Below are positions 31,451 to 43,919 of a DNA stretch of 64,000 nt, one piece after another. A program made the position numbers and the translations under genes. The stretch is from NCBI GenBank assembly GCA_040285825.1, contig JAUPSS010000004.1:3390550-3454549 (forward strand), given 5' to 3'. Position 1 is the first letter of the stretch. Each line of letters begins with the position of its first letter. The notes under the pieces were generated by a model. It made no database searches, was not told the origin of the DNA, and worked only from the letters and a program-made list of their open reading frames with translations. This DNA comes from Eukaryota sp. TZLM1-RC. Taxonomy: Eukaryota; Protista; Metamonada: BaSk clade.

Positions 31451-33894
31451 GATGCCGTTAGGCAGAAATACCAAAGAAGTAAAGAGAGAAAAGAGGCTTT
31501 ATTAATAGAAGTGCTTGTTCTTGAGCAAGTGCCACGTCATCATGTAAATTCCTCATCTGTCTACCAAGTTAGTTTATCAATAACTACAACACAAACGCTT
31601 CATTATTAGCATACAGTTCAAATCTTCGTGGCACAATGGTTACAAACAGTGAACAATCTGATGACTGATTTTCATAAACGTTGTGGAAGAAGAAAAAACA
31701 CAATGGGTGCCAAGGTTATACGGAGAACTTCGTTAGTTCATGTTTTGTGGGAAGAGTAATTATAAAAGGTTATATGTTGACCATTGTAGCAGCTAATTCT
31801 GTAAAAGAGGAGTTTTTTGCGGTATGCATATTACTGGTTGACTGTTGGAAAAGCGAAGAAGATTGTCTATGTCTATGACAATATACCTTTCAAAAACCGT
31901 ATCAACCATCTTGATTTAAGGAACAGTAATCTATTGTTTTATTTAGTTTGTTAGTATTTTACTGTTATAAAGTATTTTTTTGTGTGATAGTATTTCGATG
32001 TGACTTTGTTGTAATTCTAAAACTTCAGAGTTAGAACCATATTGATTAGAAAACTCGCAATGATACATTGTGCCTTTATGCACAATGCTCTTCAACATTG
32101 AATTGCTATATTTTCAATTGAAACAATGTGTTCTACTTTGAATCGAATTGAATTATACACTGCAATAATCTCAAGCAATAGTTTTTAATTCGGATTCATC
32201 TTAAATTCTTCTCATGAAAGATACATTGCATCACACTTTGTTCCTCGATTGATCTATGGATTAAAGCACTGAATCAAAGCAGCCAAATCACTAAACCATT
32301 TCCCCTTTGGTGAACAACTTTACCAGATCAATCATTTCAGTAAGGGACGTAGTGCCACCACTGATTTAAATAATACCTATCAGTCTAAAATTGAAATTGA
32401 AAACTAGGAGAAATAATGGTTTTGTTTTAAAGGTTGATTATACATTGAAAGTGTATTTTCAGTTGATGTATATTGAAGAAAGGAAAATAATGTGTTTTAC
32501 CAACAATTTCTCCTGGTTGATTAGTTGTATAAGTGTTGATTAACGATAGAGCAGTTTCATAGCAGTTAGGAAATTGGACTAATCAAAGGTTTATTGTGAT
32601 GACTTACTAAAGCCTAGACATTCCGTAAGTTGAAATTTATTTTCTTCGGCTTTGGCACGTGGGCGCAAGTATTCAATAGATTTTACTACTCTTTTTAAAC
32701 TATAATATTAAAAATCATCAGTAAAAAACATTGTTAACCAACGTCAACAGTGAAAGAATTGCTATTTAAAGCAATTTTGCTTCATTTTAAATCCATTGTG
32801 TTGTAATTCGTAAAACTGTGGAAATTTGATTCATTTTGGCTCAAAGGAACCACAATCTTTGATTGAAAACTGAAACAACTAACTTTCGGTATCTAGAGGT
32901 CGTAAGATTGTGACGCTAGACCCGATATACTCATTGTCTTCAAAAAAAATTCGTTCAACTTCGACAATTGTTGCTGTAACATCTGATCTTAACATTGAAA
33001 AAAGAACTTAATGACCAAGTACTTTGTAATTCCAGTATAAATTGTGATCTATTATACGCATCGTATTGAAAATTATCATAACAGCAGAATATCCGCAATT
33101 ATATGCTTTGACCGATGAATTAAATAGGTTTGTAAATGAAAGAAGACCAATATTGCAATAATCTTGGTTTAAAAAACAAAACAACAGAATTTTTCAAAAT
33201 GTCACGTAGCAATCAATAGATAACAATTATTGAATTGCCAGTTCAAAATTTAGGAGGCATTTATATGCTATAAGCTATTGGAAATGCGTTATTTCTCAAT
33301 CCATCTTTTCTTTTATCTTTAGGTATCCAACTCTTTGTAAGACTTTGTGATTTTGTTTCTGCCACTTTTTCTGATATTATGTCAGTTATCAAAACTTAAG
33401 CAAATCAAATTGAAACAGAAATATTCAACAAAATGGGCTTGTGCAAATTTTCCATTTTTAAAATCAACTTTATAATGTTGAAATTCTATTAAAAAAGGTG
33501 GTTGTCTGTATCTTCGAAGTGTGCAGTTGGCGCAGGTGGCAAGACCTTTTGTGATCAGTTAACTTTTACTAAATGATTTTCCTTTATTGCTGTTTTTCTT
33601 AATATGAGGTAGGCTCCACTAACCGACATTATCTTTGTGTAATGATGCAAATTATCAAAATGAAGCAAACTGTGGCAAGGGTTTTTTGGAAAGGGTATGG
33701 AAAAAATGCAAAAAACAATTGTTTTGAATGGTAAAATGGCTAATACATTATTTTTATATTATATTGCTTTTATTAATTCATTCGCTCTATCATTTTCTAT
33801 ATTCATTTATTGTTTTTTATTGTTAATATACTCCACATTCATACTGTGCTATAGATGTTCAACAACACATTAAATCTGTAACTGCCATATCAAT

Positions 33895-34590
33895 CTACTT
33901 TTTCCTACGTTGATAATGCGTTCCTTCTTCAAGCGCTGCTACCTGTATAAGAATTGATTGAATTTCTTTATCCATACATTGTGTAATAGCATCTTCAGTC
34001 ACAATTGCTCCCTTTGCGAGCAACAACTCCGCAATAGGTCTAGCATCTGGGCCAACCTCTCTCACAGCAATTTCCAATGGAGTACTTCCTTCCTCGTTTT
34101 CGCAGTTGACACAAGCTTTAGCTATCAACAAAAGGTGAACAATATCCACAAGGTGTTGTTCACACGCAAGATGAAGAGGGGTGTTACCATGATCATCAGC
34201 AAGACTTACATCAGCGTCATGTACCAACAAAAGTCGAACGGCAGTTGAACTATTGTTTAACACCGCTAAATGAAGAGGACTTTGATTCAGTGTATTCAAC
34301 ACATGTGTGGATGCATGCTTTTCGAGAAGGAGAATTACTACATTCTCATGGAGGTTTTCAACAGCCAAATGTAACGGAGTGTTGTTTTCCATGTTTTTAG
34401 GGTTAATGAAGGAACCGAGATCGATTAACATCCTACATGCTTTTGAATGTCCATTCTTTGCAGCCACGTGAAGGGGAGTATTTCCATTTGGATCGCGACA
34501 GTTAATAACAGCCCCAGATGAGACAAGTTCAGAGATTCCAACAAGGTTTCCTTGCTCTGCAGATACTATTAAAGCTGTATCAATATCCAT
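33895..34590 (-). CDS. Ankyrin-repeat protein
   Basis: Repeated G.TPLH.A motifs (GNTPLHVAA, NNTPLHLAV, QSPLHLAV, GNTPLHLAC, GSTPLEIAV). Confidence 0.93.
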   Translation of the reverse strand: MDIDTALIVSAEQGNLVGISELVSSGAVINCRDPNGNTPLHVAAKNGHSKACRMLIDLGSFINPKNMENNTPLHLAVENLHENVVILLLEKHASTHVLNTLNQSPLHLAVLNNSSTAVRLLLVHDADVSLADDHGNTPLHLACEQHLVDIVHLLLIAKACVNCENEEGSTPLEIAVREVGPDARPIAELLLAKGAIVTEDAITQCMDKEIQSILIQVAALEEGTHYQRRKK

Positions 34591-35189
34591 TAATTCGGAA
34601 TATCGCAGATACAGATATCAAGGTACATATCCCTTGAAATTGTTTGAGTGGGTATCTTTGAGAGGCATATTTCATGTCTCACCTGTGTTTCTAATATAAA
34701 CTTTCTATCTTTGCTATAAATGATGGTTTTCTTTTCAATTGACACAAAAAATACTATACCATTTAAGAACTATTGAGTTCAATCTGGAACGATGTCAAAT
34801 AATTGTTTCAACATCAGTAAAATACCCCTGAATTCATTTACTTGGTTTTGTAAAAATTTGCGGGTGTCAAAAGAAAAAAATAGAGCCAGTACCGATCACT
34901 GAATAAAAAAATTGAAAAAGCAGCCAAATCGCAGTAACGATGCAAATAACCGGAAATTGGTGAATGCTGATAATACATTCAATGATATGGTTTAACTACC
35001 TGCTCTTTTGGATTTGTGGTTTTGACAATTGATTTAATCACTTATATCCTAAAATTTCGCATCGATATCGTCAGATCTATTGATGGCATATTATTCATAC
35101 CGTATCCTCAAATAAATTAATTTACTAAACAACTTAAAAATCAACTTTCAAATGATGCAACTAGATTGAAATGATAGAATTAGATATGA

Positions 35190-35950
35190 TTTCAACTAGA
35201 TGCAACTCTCTCAGGGTGAGATCCAAGAGAAATCAGTGAATCAGAAACCAATATCGACATCCCCTTAACAATATAAAACACAATTCTGTTCTGCCAAAAC
35301 AATCTGCTGAAATTTCCATTGGTCTTTCCTTTAACAATCAGTTCAATATTTGCTACAAATTGTGGGGAGGTGAGAGCAAGTGAACCAAATAGAGAAAACA
35401 CAAATGGATACAAACTGTATTTTGCATGCTTTTGGGTAAACAATTTCGTTAAAGGTTCACCACATTTTTTGATCAATAAATCTGCATCATTTCAAAGAGG
35501 ATTATGAACAAGAGAATTAGCTAAACTTTCATTTGAGATGTTGCAAGGGTCAATAGACATCACATCTACTTACAAAAAGGTTCCATCTAGGTAAAATAGC
35601 ATCACCTCTACTATTCTTATTCTTATGAAAATCGTCTTCAGGATCAAGCAGATTTGGCAACACCCTCTCCTTTTGGGAAATTTTCTGAATCTTTAGCAAT
35701 TAATTGTTTTGAAGTAGAGGAAACAGATTTTGAGGATATGGAGTTTTAGTTGTGTATTTCATGTTTTCATATTCCTTATTAAATGAATAAAAAACTTGCA
35801 AGAAAAATATATACAAAACTGTCAAAATATAGAGGTACCAGAGAAGATTCAATTCTATGAGACTTGCACATACAGCACATCTGATCTCCTGCACCGTCAT
35901 GAACCTTGCTTCGAGAAATAATAAAATGTTTGCAATTTAATTAATGGGTA
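35190..35950. mobile_element. Mosaic of CRE-like fragments (family B minus strand; family A 3' end on plus strand at about 35670-35790)
   Basis: DNA similarity to 30835-31410 and 24260-24380. Confidence 0.75.
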
Positions 35951-36213
35951 ATAAGAATATTTCTTTTATTGTTGTGAAAATATCATCAGATTCAAACGAA
36001 TATGGTAATAGAAGTTAGAGAGGTCATACTGTATTCGTAATTGTTACAGTGTATTGATTATCATTTCTGGATTTGTTTTGACAATGTCAAAAACAATGTA
36101 ATACATTGTTGTATAAATATACATATAATTTTATACCTTGTTTTACACATATATTGAGCCTGAAATTGAAAAGAAATTGTTAAATTGCATTTGGATTAAC
36201 ACATTTACCCATC

Positions 36214-36684
36214 CTATTTGTTTTCGAGTTCTACCAATTCAGTAATGACCATTAAATATTGATGCAACAAACTAAGTAGAGGGTCATCAAAAACACCAGT
36301 TTGAAGTGATCCATGATGGATAAACGGTAAAATTCTAATCATAAGTTCTTCATTTAAATCATTTGGTTTAACAGTACTGATTTGGTCAATAAATCTTTGA
36401 GTTACCATTTGCTCATTGTTTTGCACGTGAATGACAAGCTGGACGTAACTTGTAGAAGGTGCATTCAAGAGCTTTTCAACTAATTTGCTTGCATTCAAAT
36501 CTTGATGAAATATCAAGAGTCCCAAAGCAGACATTAATAGAGTTATATTGAGAGGAGCAAATTCAAAAGCATATCCAGCAAGCGCTAGTAGATCATTCGA
36601 AGAAATCTGTTTCAACTTAGTCAACAAATACTTTCGCTTTAAAGACAGCAAATGCAACCTTGTTCCAGGTATTAAACAAGGCAT
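36214..36684 (-). CDS. Hypothetical protein or gene fragment
   Basis: 156-aa ORF only; no motif recognised. Confidence 0.3.
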   Translation of the reverse strand: MPCLIPGTRLHLLSLKRKYLLTKLKQISSNDLLALAGYAFEFAPLNITLLMSALGLLIFHQDLNASKLVEKLLNAPSTSYVQLVIHVQNNEQMVTQRFIDQISTVKPNDLNEELMIRILPFIHHGSLQTGVFDDPLLSLLHQYLMVITELVELENK

Positions 36685-36791
36685 AGAAAAACTATCAAGG
36701 TGACATTAGTAGAACGAGATAAACAACATTAGTAGAGTCAGTAATTTATAACAAAATTTAGTACTTTTTTGGTATTGATAAACACCAAAAC

Positions 36792-37103
36792 CTAAACACC
36801 AAAACCATACAAAACACGTCCATGACGTTTCAAAGCATAGACAACATCCATAGCAGTGACAGTCTTCCTTCTTGCATGTTCACAATAAGTAACAGAGTCA
36901 CGGATCACGTTTTCGAGGAAAGTACGGAGAACAGTACGGGTTTCATCATAGATAAGTGCAGAGATACGCTTGACACCACCACGGCGAGCAAGACGACGAA
37001 TAGCAGGCTTGGTAATACCTTGGATGTTTTCACGAAGAACCTTTCTATGGCGCTTGGCACCACCTTTACCTAAACCTTTTCCACCTTTACCACGGCCAGC
37101 CAT
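36792..37103 (-). CDS. H4: Histone H4 (cluster 2); stem-loop at 36771-36786
   Basis: Protein identical to 4198-4509; ATG at 37103. Confidence 0.98.
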   Translation of the reverse strand: MAGRGKGGKGLGKGGAKRHRKVLRENIQGITKPAIRRLARRGGVKRISALIYDETRTVLRTFLENVIRDSVTYCEHARRKTVTAMDVVYALKRHGRVLYGFGV

Positions 37104-37476
37104 TGAGATCGATGAAGATAAGAATACAAGATTTGAAAGGACTTTTGGAATTTGAGTATGATTTTGCAAATTGTCCTGCCAAGATAAATTGTTGTTTGTT
37201 AATGGTGATTGTTGGGTTTCAGGGTTCTTCAACTTAGTTGATGTCATGGTCTGTGTGATTAGGACAGTGTCATGTACTGGAATGCAGGAAAGGTACATTA
37301 TGGTTTTGCAGTAATTGAAACGCTGTAATGGTGAATAAACAACATTCTTTACAAACATGCTAGTATGCTTTTTTGGTATTTATTTTGTGTGATAATATTT
37401 GAAACGAAAAACAAGATCATAACCTAAATTTATTCAAAAGTTGAGTATTGAAGAACACCACAACTATAAAACAAAA

Positions 37477-37884
37477 TTAAAAATCAGAACGAATTCTCTT
37501 AGCCAAGGCCATATCCTTGGGCATAATGGTAACACGTTTAGCATGGATAGCACAGAGATTGGTGTCTTCAAACAAACCAACAAGGTAAGCTTCAGCAGCT
37601 TCTTGAAGAGCAGAAATACCAGAGGCTTGGAATCTCAACTCACCCTTAAACTCTTGGGCAATTTCTCTAACCAAACGTTGGAAGGGTAGCTTACGGATTA
37701 AGAGCTCAGTAGACTTTTGGTACTTTCTGATTTCACGGAGAGCAACGGTACCAGGACGATAACGATGGGGTTTCTTGATACCACCAGTAGCGGGGGCAGC
37801 TTTGCGAGCAGCCTTGGTAGCCAAATGCTTTCTTGGAGTCTTGGTGGAGGTAGTCTTGCGAGAGGTTTGCTTAGTACGGGCCAT
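37477..37884 (-). CDS. H3: Histone H3 (cluster 2); stem-loop at 37444-37459
   Basis: Protein identical to 3416-3823. Confidence 0.98.
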   Translation of the reverse strand: MARTKQTSRKTTSTKTPRKHLATKAARKAAPATGGIKKPHRYRPGTVALREIRKYQKSTELLIRKLPFQRLVREIAQEFKGELRFQASGISALQEAAEAYLVGLFEDTNLCAIHAKRVTIMPKDMALAKRIRSDF

Positions 37885-38270
37885 TAGTGGAGATCAGGAT
37901 TATGGTAAACTGCATTGTAATTGAGCAGAAATTCAGAGCAGGGAAAATGTCTTGCAAGAATCAATTGTCATTTGCTTTTGTTGGATGGTTAGTTTTTGGT
38001 GGTTTGGTTGTGTAGACCTACGGCTTTGTTGTCGCTCTTCATCAGATGTGCACTTAATTCTTGCCCTATATGGAACTATTGAAATATTAAATGTGGGTTC
38101 TGTTTAGGAACAACAGGTTTAGCAAATCCCAATTTGATTGAACAATTGTCATTTGTATTTTCTCCAAAACTTCTATTCTGATGAAAACATCAATAAAACA
38201 TTTTAAATTAAAATACACAATAAAAAACAAATTTATCCAGTGTTGAAAAACACCATCAAATACCACAAAT

Positions 38271-38705
38271 CTATTCACCTTCACCAGCAGAGGTAAACTT
38301 GGTAACAGCCTTGGTTCCTTCTGAAACAGCATGCTTGGACAGTTCACCGGGTAGCAATAATCTAACAGCAGTCTGAATTTCACGAGATGAAAGAGTATTC
38401 CTCTTGTTGACACGAGCAAGACGGGAAGCTTCAGTGGCGATACGTTCAAAAATGTCATTGACAAAAGAGTTCATGATTCCCATGGCCTTGGTGGAGATAC
38501 CAGTATCGGGATGGACTTGACGAAGGACACGGTAAATGTAAGTAGCCCATGTCTCCTTACGGGCCTTCTTGCGCTTGGGGGCAGCAGCGGCAGCACCGCC
38601 TTCAGCAACAGCTTTGCTTACAGCTTTGGCAGGAGCCTTTGATGGGGCTTTGGATGGAACTCCCTTGATGGATTTGGTAGACTTTACAGACTTCTTTCCA
38701 GGCAT
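38271..38705 (-). CDS. H2B: Histone H2B (cluster 2); stem-loop at 38239-38254
   Basis: Protein identical to 2602-3036. Confidence 0.98.
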   Translation of the reverse strand: MPGKKSVKSTKSIKGVPSKAPSKAPAKAVSKAVAEGGAAAAAPKRKKARKETWATYIYRVLRQVHPDTGISTKAMGIMNSFVNDIFERIATEASRLARVNKRNTLSSREIQTAVRLLLPGELSKHAVSEGTKAVTKFTSAGEGE

Positions 38706-38854
38706 GAGATTGAGAGAAATGGTGATTGAGATTCAGGTTTTGCAACAAAAACAAGTTGATTCAATGTTTTGCCACAAACGACAATCTTGCAACAATCAAA
38801 ATTGTCGTGTTGAAATTGAAATTCTATTTCCTCATCCTCATTAATTCATCTCTC

Positions 38855-39238
38855 ATGGCTGAAGAAACTGGTGCTCGTACTCTCTCCTTCAAAGCTGGAC
38901 TCCAATTCCCTGTAGGTCGTATTCGTCGTTACCTGCGTGAAGGTCGCTATGCTGAACGTATTGCAGCTGGCGCTCCCGTTTATATGGCTGCTGTCCTCGA
39001 ATACCTCACCGCTGAGGTCCTTGAATTGTCTGGTAACGCTGCTAGAGATAACAAGAAGACCCGTATCGTCCCCAGACACATTCTCTTGGCTATCCGTAAT
39101 GATGAAGAACTGAGTAAGCTGTTGTCCCACATCATGATTCCCTCTGGTGGTGTTCTTCCTCATATTCATTCCGATCTCCTTCCCAAGGGGTCCAAGGCTC
39201 GTGTTGAAGCCGAAGAACAAGCTTCCCAGGAAATCTAG
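38855..39238 (+). CDS. H2A: Histone H2A (cluster 2); stem-loop at 39251-39266
   Basis: Protein identical to 2069-2452. Confidence 0.97.
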   Translation: MAEETGARTLSFKAGLQFPVGRIRRYLREGRYAERIAAGAPVYMAAVLEYLTAEVLELSGNAARDNKKTRIVPRHILLAIRNDEELSKLLSHIMIPSGGVLPHIHSDLLPKGSKARVEAEEQASQEI

Positions 39239-39677
39239 GTTGTTTTATATGGTGTTTTTCAACACTTTTTGGGTAATAAATGTGATTTTCTGAATAAAAA
39301 GTTCTTCATTTTATCTATCTTAAAGAACCAAAAATAGCAAATAATGAATCCTAGAATCAAAGTAACTGAGCTGTGGAGTTAGTTAATGTATGCAAAATCT
39401 GTAAATGAGGACGCTTGCCATGTACAAGAAGCAAAACACTCAGAAGATGGTTAATTGACCAATATTTTATGGCTAATCTTTACATTCAAACACAATGAAA
39501 TGAAGGTCTTGGCAAGTACAATTCCAGCAATTGTCTTATAAATGATGAGAATGTTGATCAACGATTCCAAATTAAATAATCAGTTTCAAACAAATTATAG
39601 AAAATTATAAGCTACTTTACAGCAACAAATAAAGCAAATTTAAAATCTTTATTAGTGTTGAAAAACACCCCAAAAAC

Positions 39678-39989
39678 CTAAACACCAAAACCATACAAAA
39701 CACGTCCATGACGTTTCAAAGCATAGACAACATCCATGGCAGTAACAGTCTTCCTTCTGGCATGTTCACAATAAGTAACAGAGTCACGGATCACGTTTTC
39801 GAGGAAAGTACGGAGAACAGTACGGGTTTCATCATAGATAAGTGCAGAGATACGCTTGACACCACCACGGCGAGCAAGACGACGAATAGCAGGCTTGGTA
39901 ATACCTTGGATGTTTTCACGAAGAACCTTTCTATGGCGCTTGGCACCACCTTTACCTAAACCTTTTCCACCTTTTCCACGGCCAGCCAT
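39678..39989 (-). CDS. H4: Histone H4 (third copy); stem-loop at 39654-39669
   Basis: Identical H4 protein; upstream ~210 bp resembles the cluster-1 H4 upstream region. Confidence 0.98.
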   Translation of the reverse strand: MAGRGKGGKGLGKGGAKRHRKVLRENIQGITKPAIRRLARRGGVKRISALIYDETRTVLRTFLENVIRDSVTYCEHARRKTVTAMDVVYALKRHGRVLYGFGV

Positions 39990-40329
39990 TGAGATCGATG
40001 AAGATAAGAATACAAGATTTGAAAGGAGTTTGGGAATTTGAGTTTTGATCTGAAAATTGTCTTGCCAAGATTAATTGTTGTTTGTTAATGGTGATTGTTG
40101 GCTTTCAGGGTTCTTCAACTTGGTTGATGTAATGGACCATCTCATTAGGACAATTTCGTGTGCTGGAATGCAGGAAACGCATATTATGCTTTTGCAGTAA
40201 TTGTATCACTGTTCCAGTTAATAGATATCGTGACACATGGTAGCATATGTAAGTAGTTTTAGTTTCAAATCTATTGTCTTCTTTTAGATGATAAAACACT
40301 TTCTTGTACAATGTGCATTTCATGTTTTG

Positions 40330-40725
40330 ATTTGTATTTCCGGATCAAAAATTTCTCCAAATCATCTTTTTATCTGTAAACACTTTATTATTTTCCGATC
40401 AAAAATTCATGATGTAGTAAGGGATCAACTCTATTGCATGTCAAAGTGACACAAAAGTGTTTCCTATTTAGATTTATTGCTCTCTCGTTTGGTTAATGAA
40501 GATATTTTGAATTCTGTTGGTCGAAATAGAAGTGATTTAATGCTTAAAGTTCTTGAAGGGACGACAATCATTGATGATGTGAGATGCAGTTATTATTATA
40601 ATGATTCTTTTATACCATTAGCTCAATCAAAATATAATAATCCTCTGTCTGTTATTGAAAAAGCCAAAATTGATAAAATTAAAGCAAAATTGCTATCCTT
40701 GAATACCGAATCGCATACTCATTAA
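40330..40725 (+). mobile_element. Degenerate CRE-like fragment (zinc motif/RLE)
   Basis: HLFICKHFIIFRSKIHDVVRDQLYCM and NRSDL..TIIDDV..AKIDK resemble the RLE regions of the other copies. Confidence 0.7.
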
Positions 40726-41220
40726 GGACTCACGTCTAACTTCTTTCAAAGATAATAAATATATTCCTAATGAGGAAATTGAAAAAGAGATGAACAGAGA
40801 TGCTTGTATGATAACGTTTATAATCTAACAGTTTAATTGTGGCTAATTTGATACTTACTGTTATTCTAAAAATAACCAAAAATGAATTATTTGTGGTTTT
40901 CAAAGAATACACATTTGAAAGTCAGGCTATTGGTCAAACAGAGCCTGCTTTTGATGTCCTGCTTTGAGCTTAAATATAATAATCAAAATAAATGACATGT
41001 AGAATAGATAATGATTTACATAATTAAATCTGTCAAAGTTTTTGCTTGTTTTAAAAACGATTAATCAAAAGAAAAAATTCTTCTTGTCTAAACTTAAAAA
41101 AACTTACTACCAAAGCCATATGAATCCAAAAAATAACAACAAAAAGATTAAAAAAACAGAAAAAATTAAAAAAATAAGGAAAATACATAAACTTTCAAAC
41201 GAAAATAGCCTTAAAAAACC

Positions 41221-42324
41221 CTACAATCCCCTCCTCCAAGAAGGCACAATTTTCCTAGCTGAATGTAAAATAAACCCACTGTCTCTATTGCTCCTCTCAT
41301 TCACCCCCTCTTTTTTACTCCTTGCACTTTGAGTCTCTCTCATCAACCTGGATGGATCTCGATCTACTGGAACATGATGAGCAGGTAGTTGGGTCCATCT
41401 GGGAGTGGAAGAAGCTCGTCTTTGCGAACGTAAAAGTGCTCTCTGTTTGGCATTCTCAATCTCTTCCTGTCTTTTCAAGTTTAAAAGTTCAATATTGACC
41501 GACTTTTTGACCTTATGTTCTGCACAACTCACAACTGATTCAACATCATACTTCCGAGTCTGCTTTTCCTTCAATTTTCTCCTCAACTCACTCCTTCGCA
41601 TCCTCAACCTTATAGCCTCCTTTTCCTTCCTTTCTACCATTCTCCTCTGATTATCATGATGTTCCATTAGTCTTTGTTCCTCTTTGGCCAGCTTCCACAT
41701 TAATACTTTTTCTTTAGTATCAGCAGTGGAATTTAATTTATTTTTATTTTTTATTTTTTTATTTTCACTTACCTCTTGCTTAATAATTAAGGAAGCATTT
41801 GGTTTAAAATCGTTTGAATTTGGTCTTGCCTGCAATAGTCTTGAATTTGGATTAATTCTTGATATAGGGGGTGTTTTCCTCACTATTGATTCATTCGGCC
41901 AAGATAAAGCCTTTTCGAATATACTATTCACCGCACAAGACAAATGGTCTTCCTGGCCATCCAGGAATGCCGACTCAGAAGTTATGTCGGCCCTGGCAGT
42001 AACGATGTCAGCCTCAATAACTTCCATAAGTGATTGAAGCTTCTGAAGGTAGGACTCACGTACACTGTCACTGATGTTGGGAGTCTGTTCAAGTTCGGAG
42101 ACAAGAGATTTGAACCGCTGGAGTTTAGAGCAGACTTGAGAGAGGTGTGGGATTGACGTACGTTCGTTGAAAGAGGGTTCCTCAACAGGGATTTTGTATT
42201 TAGAAAACAGAGCAGGTTTGCATTGAGATTGACGCAGTCGGACTTCATGCTTAAGAGTCGTGTAATGTTTACGAAAAGCATGCAACTTACGTCTTTTTAA
42301 AACATCTGGAGGAACGTCTGGCAT
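41221..42324 (-). CDS. Coiled-coil protein, CCDC112-like
   Basis: 367 aa coiled-coil; C-terminal RDPSRL...VPSWRRGL resembles CCDC112. Confidence 0.6.
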   Translation of the reverse strand: MPDVPPDVLKRRKLHAFRKHYTTLKHEVRLRQSQCKPALFSKYKIPVEEPSFNERTSIPHLSQVCSKLQRFKSLVSELEQTPNISDSVRESYLQKLQSLMEVIEADIVTARADITSESAFLDGQEDHLSCAVNSIFEKALSWPNESIVRKTPPISRINPNSRLLQARPNSNDFKPNASLIIKQEVSENKKIKNKNKLNSTADTKEKVLMWKLAKEEQRLMEHHDNQRRMVERKEKEAIRLRMRRSELRRKLKEKQTRKYDVESVVSCAEHKVKKSVNIELLNLKRQEEIENAKQRALLRSQRRASSTPRWTQLPAHHVPVDRDPSRLMRETQSARSKKEGVNERSNRDSGFILHSARKIVPSWRRGL

Positions 42325-42426
42325 ACAGCCGGCTTCGTAAGTGCCTTAAAGAGATGTTTGAGTTTTCGGAGTTTCAATATTTGATGATTGAAAAAAATTT
42401 CTTTCATCCTCCTCTATACTCTTTTC

Positions 42427-43068
42427 ATGTCAGTAATTTCTTCAGTACGGCAGCCCGGAGGCTTGAAAGAGATTCCTGTTCAGATGAAGATCAACAAGAT
42501 AATAGAGCGTCTCAAAGAAGACCGTAGACCTCATACATTACAAGAACTTTCACATCTTTGTCATATAGATTTCACTAATGATGAAAAGCTACAAGCTGCA
42601 TTGAGCCAGAATCCAAAAATAGCATTTGATGGTGAGGGTTATAGGTTTCAACCCTCTTATCCTTGTTCAGACAAGCAGTCATTACTGGCTATTCTGAATG
42701 AACATCCTTTTGGCATAAGCATGGATGAGCTGAAAGAAAGCTATGAAGAGGTAGAACACGATGTGGAGGAACTCAAGTTTGAGAACTTACTTTCTGAAGT
42801 CAGCACAAAGGGAAAACGCCCAAATGTGGTGTTTCCCACTTATGGCAACATGGGTGTAAGTGTAAGTGATGATGTACTTGACATGTGGGAAGAAGTAGAA
42901 GTTCCTGAGCTAGAAACCACTTTGGAATCGAAACTTCTTGAATTGGGAGAAAAACCTTTATTATTGGTGGAAATTGACCAGGATGCAGGAGAGAGCAGAC
43001 GAAGCTCAGCATCACAAAGAGGGCGTAAGAAGAAAAAGGTTGTTACCCAGAATGTTCATTTAGAGTAG
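42427..43068 (+). CDS. GTF2E2: Transcription initiation factor IIE beta subunit
   Basis: ALSQNPKI, YRFQPSY...DKQSLL.IL, GI..DELKESY, DVLDMWEEVEVP, C-terminal QNVHL; first ATG at 42427. Confidence 0.85.
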   Translation: MSVISSVRQPGGLKEIPVQMKINKIIERLKEDRRPHTLQELSHLCHIDFTNDEKLQAALSQNPKIAFDGEGYRFQPSYPCSDKQSLLAILNEHPFGISMDELKESYEEVEHDVEELKFENLLSEVSTKGKRPNVVFPTYGNMGVSVSDDVLDMWEEVEVPELETTLESKLLELGEKPLLLVEIDQDAGESRRSSASQRGRKKKKVVTQNVHLE

Positions 43069-43328
43069 AATGTTTTGTTTAAAAATGAAAAAAGAAGATT
43101 TATTACACAATTGGATGAGAAAGTGTGGTGTTAATTTAAAACACAATGAATAGTTGAAGATTCAACTTACAGTAAAATCAAAATTAAATCAATTGATTAA
43201 TTTCTAAACAGCTTAATTTAAAGAAAAATTCAAAAACACAAACAGGTCAAGAAGAAGCTCCTAGCAAGAGCCCTGTCCAATAATAGAAATACAATCAAAG
43301 AAACATGTTTCAGGCAAATATAGTTAAA

Positions 43329-43919
43329 CTAATCAAAGCTAAAAGTCTTTGGTGATGCTGATAACTTAGTAAGTTTAATAGACAAACTTTGCCATTCCTT
43401 ATCAAAATCAATGTTTTCGGTCGATGAAAGTCGTATTGGAGGAGAACGAGGAGGTGTAATTGATGGAGAGAAAACAAGAGATCTACGGCTGCTTGGTGGT
43501 GTTCTTGGTGGTGTCTGAACACGGGATGGGGTATGCCTAGGACTGGAGAGAACAGGTGAAAGAAGAAGCTCCATGGACGGCGAGAGAGAGAAATCTGTCT
43601 GACTCGATTGAGAAATGGATTTTGTTGAAGAACGAAGAGAGGCAATTAGAGGTTCCTTAACATCAGGTGTGAACTTATGATCCCCGTCAACCCAACCAGG
43701 AGATTGCTCAGTGCCCGCTGTTCGTTCATGTATTGTACGCGGTGGGGTTGAAAGAATTTCATCAAGAACTAGGTCATTCAGACAGTCGTTACCTGATAGT
43801 GAATCGGTGAAAGAGTTGCTCTCGTTAGGAAAGACTTCTGTTTCTGGAAAGTTGATGACAGAGCTGTTATCAAAAGGACCAGACCCAGGCATGAGTGAGA
43901 GGATGAACCCACTCACCAA
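43329..43919 (-). CDS. Hypothetical Ser/Pro-rich protein with many SP/TP sites
   Basis: Coding-like ORF; exon boundaries uncertain. Confidence 0.5.
   Translation of the reverse strand: MVSGFILSLMPGSGPFDNSSVINFPETEVFPNESNSFTDSLSGNDCLNDLVLDEILSTPPRTIHERTAGTEQSPGWVDGDHKFTPDVKEPLIASLRSSTKSISQSSQTDFSLSPSMELLLSPVLSSPRHTPSRVQTPPRTPPSSRRSLVFSPSITPPRSPPIRLSSTENIDFDKEWQSLSIKLTKLSASPKTFSFD

Noticed and set aside
31900-33800. Long AT-rich stretch, possibly decayed genes
   Set aside because: No ORF or motif I could support
36792-37358. N-terminally extended H4 (188 aa) and H2A (170 aa) ORFs
   Set aside because: The extensions run through promoter DNA; other H4 copies lack it and the true ATGs are downstream
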